From Patescibacteria group bacterium (lineage in GTDB: Bacteria > Patescibacteriota > Patescibacteriia > Patescibacteriales > JBAZCA01), in contig JBAZCA010000004.1 of assembly GCA_041671125.1 (NCBI GenBank), positions 87,029 through 151,028 of the forward strand: a DNA stretch of 64,000 nucleotides, written 5' to 3'. Within the stretch, counting starts at the first letter, position 1. Each line of letters opens with the position of its first letter. Below are positions 54,276 to 63,014 of this stretch, piece after piece. Both the position numbers and the translations under genes were made by a program. The notes beneath the pieces were generated by a model. It did no database searches and was not told the DNA's origin. It saw only the letters and a program-made list of their open reading frames with translations.

Positions 54276-54284
54276 TGTTATACT
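54276..54284 (+). promoter_or_regulatory. Extended -10-like box TGTTATACT upstream of the second pilin gene
   Basis: tgttatact lies about 170 nt upstream of ATG 54454. The leader contains two imperfect hairpins and a strong SD (gagggggtg). Confidence 0.3.
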
Positions 54285-54453
54285 GTGGATAAGTTTAATC
54301 AATCCTTCAATCTTCAATTTACAATTTTAAAGTTGTTATTAATTGCAGATTGATAATTGAAGGATTGAAGATTGATTATTAATTATTCGCGATTGTTAAT
54401 TTAATTCCTGGGATTAAATGAATAATCGCGAGCCTAACGAGAGGGGGTGAATT

Positions 54454-54861
54454 ATGAGAAAACAAAAAGGTTTTACTTTAATCGAGTTATTGGTGGTTAT
54501 CGCCATTATCGGTCTTTTGTCCACCCTGGCCGTTGTTTCCTTAAATAACGCCCGGTTGAAATCAAGAGACGCCCGTCGCGTCTCCGACGTAAAGCAGATT
54601 CAGACGGCTTTGGAATTGTATTACAACGATGTAACTGCTTATCCGGCGTCCGCGGCTTCTGGCAGCGCTATCCTTAACGGCAGTGTAACTTATATGGCCG
54701 TAGTTCCTACCGCCCCGACACCTCCAACCGGAAACGCTTACGCCTATACCCAAACTGAAAGCGGAGCGAGTTACACCCTGACCTATACTCTGGAAGGAAT
54801 TTCAGGCGGAGTTATTGCCGGCAGTCATACCGCCACTCCGGCCGGCTTGGCTAACCCATAA
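54454..54861 (+). CDS. Type IV pilin, likely major pilin
   Basis: QKGFTLIELLVVIAIIGLL class III signal. Strong Shine-Dalgarno GAGGGGGTG upstream and a strong terminator downstream. Confidence 0.85.
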   Translation: MRKQKGFTLIELLVVIAIIGLLSTLAVVSLNNARLKSRDARRVSDVKQIQTALELYYNDVTAYPASAASGSAILNGSVTYMAVVPTAPTPPTGNAYAYTQTESGASYTLTYTLEGISGGVIAGSHTATPAGLANP

Positions 54862-54881
54862 ACTGAACCGGTGTTTATCCT

Positions 54882-54919
54882 AAATCCCGTCCCGATAATT
54901 CGGGACGGGATTTGTTTTA
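54882..54919 (+). terminator. Rho-independent terminator after the pilin gene
   Basis: aaatcccgtcccg ataatt cgggacgggattt followed by gtttta. Confidence 0.8.
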
Positions 54920-54998
54920 TCCCCTCCCCGGCCCTCCCCCCATCGGCTCCGCTCAGGGGGAGGGAATTGAAGGTGGCTAGCGGTTTTTATTAGTAATC

Positions 54999-55007
54999 TG
55001 GTATAAT
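54999..55007 (+). promoter_or_regulatory. Extended -10 box TGGTATAAT just upstream of GTG 55014
   Basis: Exact TGGTATAAT ending 6 nt before the predicted start. Confidence 0.3.
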
Positions 55008-55013
55008 AAGAAA

Positions 55014-57179
55014 GTGAAAGAGAAAACCATAAAAATCAGCGATAAGCTCATAAACTTTTTTCTTCTGGCAGTTGTTTTTTTAACCCCGCTTTTTTTTAAC
55101 CCTTTAACTTTTTTAAGTTTTGAAATTGATAAAATAGTCCTTGCGAGGATCTTGACCGAATCGGCCCTGTTCTTTTTTCTTTTAAAAATTATATTGCAAA
55201 AAAAGATGGAATTGCCGAGAGAGAAGAATTTTTATCTCGCTATATCGCTCATTTTTTTTATCCAGGTTTTATCCGCTTTTTTTTCCGGCCATATTTACCA
55301 AACTTTTTGGGGAAGTTATTTCAGGGGAATGGGAATTTTTACTTACCTGCATTTGTATTTGTTTGCTTTTTTGGTTTTTGTCCGGCCGATAGCCGTTAAA
55401 AAAATTTTTGGAATTATAACATTATCCGCGTTCATTATAAGCCTTTACGGCCTCGCGCAGGTAGCCGGGTTTGATTTTTTAGAATGGCAGGAAAACCTTA
55501 CCGGGTTGCATTACCGGGCGAGCTCAACTTTAGGACAGCCTAATTATCTCGGCGGTTATCTTTTATTTACTCTGCCTTTAGCGTTTTATTTTTTTTTGGT
55601 TTTAAAGAAGACGCTTTATAAGATTTGCCTGGCGGCAGTTTTTTTTATAGAATTCGCGGCTTTCTATTTTACCTACAGCCGGGCGGCTTGGCTGGGGTTT
55701 GTTATTTCGCTCTTTGTTTTTTTAGCGGTTTATGCCGTAAGAAAATTTGGCGCAGCTAAAACTTTAATTGGCTTGGTGGTGTTTTTATTGTTCATTTATA
55801 TTTCCGGATTTATCCTTTCCGGTTTAGCCGCCGATCGCTGGTTCTTTGACCGGCTTTCCGTTCCGGAAAGAATTATGAGTTTAAAAAAAATCGGCGAGGG
55901 AAGCGCCGGAATCAGGCTTTATTATTATGACGCGGCCCTTAATATCATTAGGGAGCGGCCGATTATCGGACGCGGACCAGATACCCAAAGTTATTATTTT
56001 GCCCATTACTATGCGCCTTATTATGCTATTTTGGAACGGATAAATACATATCCGGACCGGGCTCATAACGAAATTTTAGACATCCTTATAACAACCGGAT
56101 TGCTCGGACTTTTGGCTTGGTTTTTTCTTTTTTATATTCTGGCCGGGCAACTGGTTGGGAATGATAAAAGTCATGAATCAATCTTGGAATATAGGGGAAC
56201 AATAGCCGTTCTTTTATTCGGGTTATGCTCTTTTGCCGTTTACCTTTTATTTTCTTTCATAACCGCGGTAAGCGCCATTTATCTTTGGCTTTTTTTAGCG
56301 CTTCTTTTCAGGCTATCCGCCCGAGACAAAAAAGAAATGGTTTTGCGGTTCAGCTTAAAGGCCATGGCCGCAACTATTATTATTCCGGTTCTTTTTTTTC
56401 TCCTCGTTTTTTCAATTTACGTTTTTAATCTTAAATTTACCATTGCCGATTATTATCACCGTCGGGCCAGAGTGGCGTTTATTAAGGGTGATATCGGTGG
56501 CAGTTACGAGAATTATATTAAATCAATTGAATTATTGCCCGGGGAAAGCTATTACCCCGAACAGATGGCGGCTCAGCTTCATGGAGCGCTGGATAATCTT
56601 CCGGACGCGGAAGCAAAAAGACTGTCTCTGGAAGATTTAAGAGGGAATCTGGACCGGATTGGTTTTAATCAGCTCAATTTTGAAGGGAAAGCTTATTTGG
56701 CGATTGTTTCGGGGCTTCTTTCGGAATACGGCGAAGCGGACCGGATTTTTTCAACACTGGCAGACGATTATCCTGGTTTTGCGAGAATTTATCTTGACTG
56801 GGGCAATTCGTATTTTGACCGAAAAGACTATAAGACCGCTCTGGAAAAATATTATTTTGCGCTTACCCGTTATCCCGGATTTGACGACCCGGGTTTGAAC
56901 ATCGAGCATAAAGAGGCAATAGTTTACGAAATGCTTATGGTTTATAAAAAGATCGTCCGGTCGGAAATTGCCCTGAAAAATTTTAAGCGGGCGGAAGAAT
57001 TAAACAGCCAGGCGCTAAAATTGTCACCGTTTGATTTTGAACTGCTAGACTTAAAGAACGTGATTTTTGCCTCTAAAGGAAAGAAAGAAGATCTTTTATT
57101 ATCCCTTAAGCATTTCTCGGCGCTTTTTCCCGGCAACCAGGACATACAAAAACAGCTTAAGTTGCTTTCCGGACAATGA
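55014..57179 (+). CDS. O-antigen-ligase-like (Wzy_C) polytopic membrane protein fused to C-terminal TPR repeats
   Basis: More than 10 TM helices. YSRAAWLGFVISL and DRAHNEILDILITTGLLGL are typical Wzy_C loop motifs. The C-terminal ~270 aa contain TPR-like repeats. Confidence 0.7.
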   Translation: MKEKTIKISDKLINFFLLAVVFLTPLFFNPLTFLSFEIDKIVLARILTESALFFFLLKIILQKKMELPREKNFYLAISLIFFIQVLSAFFSGHIYQTFWGSYFRGMGIFTYLHLYLFAFLVFVRPIAVKKIFGIITLSAFIISLYGLAQVAGFDFLEWQENLTGLHYRASSTLGQPNYLGGYLLFTLPLAFYFFLVLKKTLYKICLAAVFFIEFAAFYFTYSRAAWLGFVISLFVFLAVYAVRKFGAAKTLIGLVVFLLFIYISGFILSGLAADRWFFDRLSVPERIMSLKKIGEGSAGIRLYYYDAALNIIRERPIIGRGPDTQSYYFAHYYAPYYAILERINTYPDRAHNEILDILITTGLLGLLAWFFLFYILAGQLVGNDKSHESILEYRGTIAVLLFGLCSFAVYLLFSFITAVSAIYLWLFLALLFRLSARDKKEMVLRFSLKAMAATIIIPVLFFLLVFSIYVFNLKFTIADYYHRRARVAFIKGDIGGSYENYIKSIELLPGESYYPEQMAAQLHGALDNLPDAEAKRLSLEDLRGNLDRIGFNQLNFEGKAYLAIVSGLLSEYGEADRIFSTLADDYPGFARIYLDWGNSYFDRKDYKTALEKYYFALTRYPGFDDPGLNIEHKEAIVYEMLMVYKKIVRSEIALKNFKRAEELNSQALKLSPFDFELLDLKNVIFASKGKKEDLLLSLKHFSALFPGNQDIQKQLKLLSGQ

Positions 57180-57245
57180 GTTTTTAGGCGTTCCGTCGGT
57201 CGGTTTAATGTTATAGTATTATGTTTAACTACTATTAATAAATTT

Positions 57246-58058
57246 ATGCTTTTAGCTTTTTACATTTTCATTTTTATTTTTGGCAGCATAATCGGCTCTT
57301 TTCTAAACTGTCTTATCTGGCGCCTCCATACCGGCGAAAGCATGTGGGGCAGGTCCCATTGCCCTAAATGTAAAAAGATGATCGCCTGGCATGATAATAT
57401 TCCGGTATTTAGTTTCATTATGTTAAAAGGGAAGTGCCGATATTGCCATAAATCTATATCTTGGCAATATCCGGCCGTTGAAGTAATAACGGGATTGCTG
57501 TTTGTTATAGCTTGGGTCAGTGAATTAAGAATTATGAATTATGAATTATGGTTTTATCCGGACTTCGTTATTCATAATTCGTTATTCATAATTCACATTT
57601 TCCGGGATTGGTTCCTTATCTCGGTCATGATGATTATTTTTATTTATGACCTGCGCTGGTATTTGATTTTAGATATTGTAACGCTCCCGGCGGCCGCCAT
57701 TTTGCTGGCATTGAATTTAATGCTGGGTCACTCTTGGCAGACCTTGCTGTTTTCTGCTATAATAGGAAGTAGCTTCTTTCTAATACAGTTTGTTATTTCA
57801 AAAGGAAGGTGGATCGGCGGAGGCGATATACGCTTAGGGTTTTTAATCGGACTGGCTTTAGGGTGGCCGAATACGCTCGTAGCGATATTTTTAGCTTATT
57901 TCATCGGGTCAATCGCGGGATTGGGGTTAATAGCTTCTAAACGCAAAAAATGGGGTTCGGAGATTCCGCTGGGAGTATTTCTATCGCTCGGCACGATAAT
58001 AACTCTTTTTTGGGGGGATAGAATTTTAAACTGGTATTTGAATATTTTTAAATTTTGA
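57246..58058 (+). CDS. pilD: Prepilin peptidase PilD (A24 family) with an in-frame palindromic-element insertion
   Basis: N-terminal CPKC...CRYC zinc motif and GGGDIRLG catalytic Asp motif. Confidence 0.9.
   Translation: MLLAFYIFIFIFGSIIGSFLNCLIWRLHTGESMWGRSHCPKCKKMIAWHDNIPVFSFIMLKGKCRYCHKSISWQYPAVEVITGLLFVIAWVSELRIMNYELWFYPDFVIHNSLFIIHIFRDWFLISVMMIIFIYDLRWYLILDIVTLPAAAILLALNLMLGHSWQTLLFSAIIGSSFFLIQFVISKGRWIGGGDIRLGFLIGLALGWPNTLVAIFLAYFIGSIAGLGLIASKRKKWGSEIPLGVFLSLGTIITLFWGDRILNWYLNIFKF
57522..57594. repeat. Palindromic element family R2, in-frame inside pilD
   Basis: Left arm gaattaagaattatgaattatgaattatgg; right arm cgttattcataattcgttattcataattc. Translates ELRIMNYELWFYPDFVIHNSLFIIH. Confidence 0.8.
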
Positions 58059-58209
58059 ATTAGTTTTTTAGGACGTTACCGCCGATTCCCTTAGCCCTTT
58101 TTATTTTTTTAAAAATGTTATAATATGATTAAGCTGTCAATCAAAGAAAACTTTATTAAAAGAAATTTTTTTTAATTCAAAATGCAGTCTCTTAATAAAA
58201 TTTAATTTT

Positions 58210-58668
58210 GTGTCCCCAAAAAAAGCCTTAGTCATTCTTTCCGCAGCCGCCATTATTCTTTCATCGGTTTTTTTAGCTACTTATTTTTTTAGCGGTAAAA
58301 ATAGTCCATGGAGCGATTCCCGGGCGCCGGCGGATGGAACCGGAAAATCACCGGACGGAATCCGGCCAGGGGAAAAGGGTTTGGGTGGAATAATTGAAAA
58401 ATCAAATACCGGTCAGCCGTTAACGGGAGAAGAATCGGCGGTTCTTAACGAGGCGATAAACGAGAAAGCCGAAGAAAAATCCGGCGCGGTCCAGTCAGCG
58501 GCTAAAGAAAGGTCCTATACCCAGGAAGAGACTGACACTATTTTAAATCCGGAAAAAAAAGCCATGGAGGATCTTGGAATCAAAGAGCTAGTGAATAATG
58601 AAGACGTTAGTCCGGCTAAATTGTCGACCCAGGAAGAGATAGACGCGCTATTAAATCCGAAACAATAA
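58210..58668 (+). CDS. Membrane-anchored hypothetical protein
   Basis: GTG start. N-terminal TM helix (ALVILSAAAIILSSVFLATYFF). Duplicated EE(T/I)D.(I/L)LNP motif. Confidence 0.4.
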   Translation: MSPKKALVILSAAAIILSSVFLATYFFSGKNSPWSDSRAPADGTGKSPDGIRPGEKGLGGIIEKSNTGQPLTGEESAVLNEAINEKAEEKSGAVQSAAKERSYTQEETDTILNPEKKAMEDLGIKELVNNEDVSPAKLSTQEEIDALLNPKQ

Positions 58669-58771
58669 AACTGGCTGCATAGACTGGTTTTTTGAGGAGC
58701 GTGAAAAGATTAAGGCAATGAATAACCATAATGTTTTGAAATATAAAATTTTTTAATTTTGGAATTTTAAT

Positions 58772-61177
58772 ATGCGCGTCCCTAAATTATTAGCAGGCTT
58801 TTTAGCCGCCATAATTATTACCCTTGGGCTTTCGGTCTCCCTCCAGTCGCTTCTCGCGGCCTGGATTTCCCCGTCTTCCGCCCCTCCTGACGGGAATATT
58901 CCGGCCCCGATTAACGCAAGCGCGATCGGCCAGTCTAAAGATGCGGGGCTGGTTTTAAACCATGGCAATGTCAGTGGCAACGGATTAGTGGTGGAATACG
59001 GCAATGTTGGCATCGGTACGGCTGTGCCGTCTTCAAAAATGGAAGTAGCGGGCGACCTTGAGATTGCGAATTTAAAGAAAAACAACGGAGCAAATTTTTT
59101 CGGGGGTTGCGGATCTTCGGCGTCTTATATTTACCAGATCAACTCGGATGGAACCGTTCTTTGCGATCTGGACAGTTCTTCCGGCGGTACGAGCCTCTGG
59201 TCAGCCAACGGATCGGAAATTTATTATATAGGGAACGTCGGCATCGGGATAGCGGATCCGGCAAATCGCCTGTCCATAACCGTTGATCAGACAACTTTTC
59301 CGGACGACACACCGCTGGTAGGTTTGTCTACGACGGGAACGGCTTCTCCCAAAAAAGGGTCGTTATTATGGCTTTATACGACGAGGGGAGTGGTAACCGA
59401 TGATACGGATTTATTTAAGGTGCATAATAGTAGCGGATTAACTTTGTTTACGGTAAGAAATTCCGGCAATGTCGGAATAGGGGCGGGTAGTCCGAGGGAT
59501 AAGCTCCATATATCCAATCCCGGCTCCGGTAATCAGACAGGCATTTATTTAGAAGATCCTACGGCGCCAGCATACGGCGGCAGAATATATTTTGATGATA
59601 CCAGTAATACTTTAGCGCTAGGGGTGGTGAATAATTCCGTGGAAACTTTGGGTCTTGTGATACACAGAAATTCCGGCAACGTCGGCATCGGGACGACGGA
59701 TCCGGGGCAGTTACTGGACGTGGCGGGGAATATAGGCCTGCTCGCGAATATTAACCAGTCAGGAACTTATTCCCAGCTGGACATTAATCCATATGCTAGG
59801 GTTCGCATCGGCCGGAGTACGAACAATAGCGGTTTTGGCGTTGGAATATTCAAGGGCGACAGTTCAACTACCCAAAACCACTGGTTCGCCGGAAACGGCA
59901 ACAGCTATCTGGCGGGGGACAACGGCAACGTTGGCATCGGTTTAGTGTCGCCTACTGAAAAGTTGCATGTTGAAGGCGACATCAAAATCCAAACCAATTC
60001 CGGCGCGGGTGCCCTGCATTTCGGGGATATTAGCGATGAGACAAAAATAGTCGGTTTTGACGCAAGCGGAGGAAGTTATCTTGGATTTTATGCGGGAAGC
60101 AGTGAAAGGGTAAGAATAAACAGCGGCGGCAACGTCGGCATTGGGACGGTAGCCCCTAATAGCCAGTTGCACGTGAAAACCGCTTCGGGCAACGCGGAAA
60201 TAGATATCCAGAGCGCGAGTTCGGGGTACTGGGGGATATATCAGGATGACGCGACGGACGCCTTAAGATTCTGGAACACTGACAACCGGATGACCATCCA
60301 AAGCGGCGGCAACGTCGGCATCGGGACGACGAACCCGGGTCAGAAATTGGACGTGGCGGGGAATATAGGCCTGCTCGCGAATATTAACCAGTCAGGAACT
60401 AATTCCCAGCTGGACATTAATCCATATGCTAGGGTTCGCATCGGCCGGAGTACGAACAATAGCGGTTTTGGCGTTGGAATATTCAAGGGCGACAGTTCAA
60501 CTACCCAAAACCACTGGTTCGCCGGAAACGGCAACAGCTATCTGGCGGGGGACAACGGCAACGTTGGCATCGGTTTAGTGTCGCCTACTGAAAAGTTGCA
60601 TGTTGAAGGCGACATCAAAATCCAAACCAATTCCGGCGCGGGTGCCCTGCATTTCGGGGATATTAGCGATGAGACAAAAATAGTCGGTTTTGACGCAAGC
60701 GGAGGAAGTTATCTTGGATTTTATGCGGGAAGCAGTGAAAGGGTAAGAATAAACAGCGGCGGCAACGTCGGCATTGGGACAACGGATCCGGGAACGGATA
60801 AATTGGATGTGAGGGGCCGGGCGTACGCGTCAGGCGGATGGCAAACAACAAACGCCGATTACGCCGAATGGTTTGAAAAGGAAGAAAATTCCGGGCCAGG
60901 CGATATTATCGGCATTAACCTTGAAACCGGCAAAGCAAGGGTCTATCGGCCGGGAGACAGGTTTATAGGCATCCACTCAGCCGATCCGGCGTATGTCGGA
61001 AACAGGCTTAATGAGACCGACGAAGAGATGGCTAAGACCCATATCTTAGTGGGCTTGCTGGGGCAATTGGATTTCAACCGGGAACAAGCGGCGATTGACG
61101 GGAAAATCGTTAAAACCCTTGACGGAGAAGAAATCGGCGTCCTGCTAAGCAACGGCAAAGTATTTATAGGCAGATAA
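58772..61177 (+). CDS. Secreted repeat protein with recurrent GNVGIG(T/L) fibre-like motifs (tail-fibre-like architecture)
   Basis: Signal/anchor followed by AWISPSSAPPDGNIPAPIN. At least eight GNVGIG motifs spaced along the protein. Contains a near-identical internal duplication. Confidence 0.7.
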   Translation: MRVPKLLAGFLAAIIITLGLSVSLQSLLAAWISPSSAPPDGNIPAPINASAIGQSKDAGLVLNHGNVSGNGLVVEYGNVGIGTAVPSSKMEVAGDLEIANLKKNNGANFFGGCGSSASYIYQINSDGTVLCDLDSSSGGTSLWSANGSEIYYIGNVGIGIADPANRLSITVDQTTFPDDTPLVGLSTTGTASPKKGSLLWLYTTRGVVTDDTDLFKVHNSSGLTLFTVRNSGNVGIGAGSPRDKLHISNPGSGNQTGIYLEDPTAPAYGGRIYFDDTSNTLALGVVNNSVETLGLVIHRNSGNVGIGTTDPGQLLDVAGNIGLLANINQSGTYSQLDINPYARVRIGRSTNNSGFGVGIFKGDSSTTQNHWFAGNGNSYLAGDNGNVGIGLVSPTEKLHVEGDIKIQTNSGAGALHFGDISDETKIVGFDASGGSYLGFYAGSSERVRINSGGNVGIGTVAPNSQLHVKTASGNAEIDIQSASSGYWGIYQDDATDALRFWNTDNRMTIQSGGNVGIGTTNPGQKLDVAGNIGLLANINQSGTNSQLDINPYARVRIGRSTNNSGFGVGIFKGDSSTTQNHWFAGNGNSYLAGDNGNVGIGLVSPTEKLHVEGDIKIQTNSGAGALHFGDISDETKIVGFDASGGSYLGFYAGSSERVRINSGGNVGIGTTDPGTDKLDVRGRAYASGGWQTTNADYAEWFEKEENSGPGDIIGINLETGKARVYRPGDRFIGIHSADPAYVGNRLNETDEEMAKTHILVGLLGQLDFNREQAAIDGKIVKTLDGEEIGVLLSNGKVFIGR
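59675..60147 (+). repeat. Intragenic duplication, copy 1 (473 bp)
   Basis: Near-identical to 60308..60780. Differences cluster in the first ~40 bp, plus one T/A change. Confidence 0.9.
60308..60780 (+). repeat. Intragenic duplication, copy 2 (473 bp)
   Basis: Offset of 633 bp (211 codons) from copy 1, in the same frame. Confidence 0.9.
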
Positions 61178-61187
61178 TTTTTTAAAA

Positions 61188-62879
61188 ATGGAAAAGCCGC
61201 GCGTAATAAATTTGTCAGCGATTATTTTTCTCGTTGCCCTGATTTTTTTTCTGCGAGGAGAACGGCCGGAGATTCGCCGTTTAACCGCCCTAGCCGGAGC
61301 CGGACATAATATCTACGGTTTTGCCTGGTCGGAAAATATCGGCTGGGTAAGTTTTAATTCAAGGGATTGCGACGCGGATGATGACGGCTTGTCGGATGGG
61401 AGTCCTGTCGGTTGTCCTTTGGCCGGGATGGCCATTCCTGATTACGGAGTCAACATAGACGCGGCAACCGGCGATCTTTCCGGTTATGCCTGGTCGGAAA
61501 ATATCGGCTGGATAAGTTTTAACCGGAGCGACGCCGGATCGCCTCCGGGTCAGCCTTATCTTAACGGAACCATTATAGCCCACTATAACGGAGGAAATAA
61601 TCAGATTGAAGGCTGGGCGAAAATTTTGGGCTTGGGCGGTGAGGGCTGGTTAAAATTAAGAAAATTCAGCGCCGATACGGGAGCGGATTACGGGGTATCA
61701 ATCAGTCCGATCAACGGAGAATTGTTTGGCTGGGCCTGGAACGGCAGCGATGCTAACAGCGACGGTATCGTGGATACGGGCATAGGCTGGCTGGATTTTT
61801 CAGGGGTTAGCTACGGGTCGTTTGAGCCTACCGAGTCTCCTGTTTTAATCGGCGGGGCAAGGGATTTTGCTTTCGGCGAACAGGCCGGCTGGATTGATTT
61901 TAACGTTGGCATTGCCAGCACTACCGTATATAGTGATCACCTAGAGGGCTGGGCTTTCGGCGAACAGGCCGGCTGGATTCAGATGAATCCGGCCGGGGGT
62001 GGAGTTTTATTGGATCAGGCAACGGGAAAGTTAAGCGGTTACGCTTTTGGGGAAACCGTCGGCTGGATTAATTTCGCGCCTGACGTTAATAACTACGTTA
62101 AAATCAATTTTATCACTAATGAGTTTGAGGGCTGGGCTTTCGGCGAACAGGCCGGCTGGATCAGTTTTAACTGCGCTAACACTAGCAGTTGCGGTTCGTC
62201 GGACTATAAAGTAATTTTGGTCGGAGAAGGTCCCCTTGCCCCGGCAATGGGGGTAATAACCGAAGATTCTGATTGCGTCGGCGGCAGTAAGACGATAACT
62301 GTCAATTGGACCGATAACTCTTCCAATGAAATCGGATTCAGGGTGGAAAAAAGCGATGACGGAATAAACTGGCCGGCTCCGGCTGACCCGGCTTTCTGCT
62401 ATCTGAGTTATGACCTGAGCGACGCGAGATCATCCGAAAGCGGAGTGAGCCGGTCATGCTCCGGCATAGCCGATCCAGGAGCGGAATATTATTTTCGGGT
62501 TAAAGCTTTGGGAACCGGAGGAAACGATTCCGCCTGGTCGCCCGACGACAGCGGACAGACTTACGCCGTCGGTCATTGTCCGCCCGAACTTATGCTCGAA
62601 AGTTTTAATTGCGAAAAAGTTGATTTAAGCTGGACTTACGACGGAGAAGATGTTCATCATTACGATATTTACAGGAATCTCACTGGTAATGACCCATGGG
62701 ACGAGGCAATTGCCAGCACAACGCCGCCGACCGCCGTTTTTAGTGATACTGATATTATTTCCGGAGAAAGATATTACTATAAGGTTAATGTCCAATACGG
62801 CAATATTGACTCCAATATTCTCGGTCCGGTTAATCCCTGTCCCGATATGCCTTTGTGGAAAGAAGTGAAACCGAGATGA
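61188..62879 (+). CDS. Membrane-anchored protein with ~8 G(W/Y)A(W/F)xExxGWIxF repeats and C-terminal FN3-like domains
   Basis: Repeats: GFAWSENIGWVSFN, GYAWSENIGWISFN, GWAFGEQAGWIQMN, GYAFGETVGWINFA, GWAFGEQAGWISFN. Also ITVNWTDNSSNEIGFRVEKS. Confidence 0.65.
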   Translation: MEKPRVINLSAIIFLVALIFFLRGERPEIRRLTALAGAGHNIYGFAWSENIGWVSFNSRDCDADDDGLSDGSPVGCPLAGMAIPDYGVNIDAATGDLSGYAWSENIGWISFNRSDAGSPPGQPYLNGTIIAHYNGGNNQIEGWAKILGLGGEGWLKLRKFSADTGADYGVSISPINGELFGWAWNGSDANSDGIVDTGIGWLDFSGVSYGSFEPTESPVLIGGARDFAFGEQAGWIDFNVGIASTTVYSDHLEGWAFGEQAGWIQMNPAGGGVLLDQATGKLSGYAFGETVGWINFAPDVNNYVKINFITNEFEGWAFGEQAGWISFNCANTSSCGSSDYKVILVGEGPLAPAMGVITEDSDCVGGSKTITVNWTDNSSNEIGFRVEKSDDGINWPAPADPAFCYLSYDLSDARSSESGVSRSCSGIADPGAEYYFRVKALGTGGNDSAWSPDDSGQTYAVGHCPPELMLESFNCEKVDLSWTYDGEDVHHYDIYRNLTGNDPWDEAIASTTPPTAVFSDTDIISGERYYYKVNVQYGNIDSNILGPVNPCPDMPLWKEVKPR

Positions 62880-63001
62880 GCGCCGAATTTAAGCCAAAAA
62901 CAGCGCCAAACGCTTTGGGCTGTTTTTTGTTTGCGAGACGGGTATTTATGCCGCCAGCCGAAAGAAGATTAGTTTGGCAGTTTCTTTTATCACCGCAATT
63001 A

Positions 63002-63010
63002 TGGTAAAAT
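63002..63010 (+). promoter_or_regulatory. Extended -10-like box TGGTAAAAT immediately upstream of ATG 63018
   Basis: The box ends 7 nt before ATG 63018. Confidence 0.3.
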
Positions 63011-63014
63011 ATTA

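Noticed and set aside
58125-58175. Short ORF MIKLSIKENFIKRNFF immediately after a TGTTATAAT box at 58116-58124
   Set aside because: It is only 16 codons, has no conservation evidence, and lies in an AT-rich region where such ORFs arise by chance. It is mentioned only as a possible leaderless mini-ORF.
59675-60780. Diversity-generating retroelement (template/variable repeat pair) as an explanation for the two near-identical 473-bp segments
   Set aside because: The copies differ at only a handful of positions, clustered at one end and not adenine-specific. Both copies are in-frame parts of the same gene, and no reverse transcriptase ORF is present in the window.
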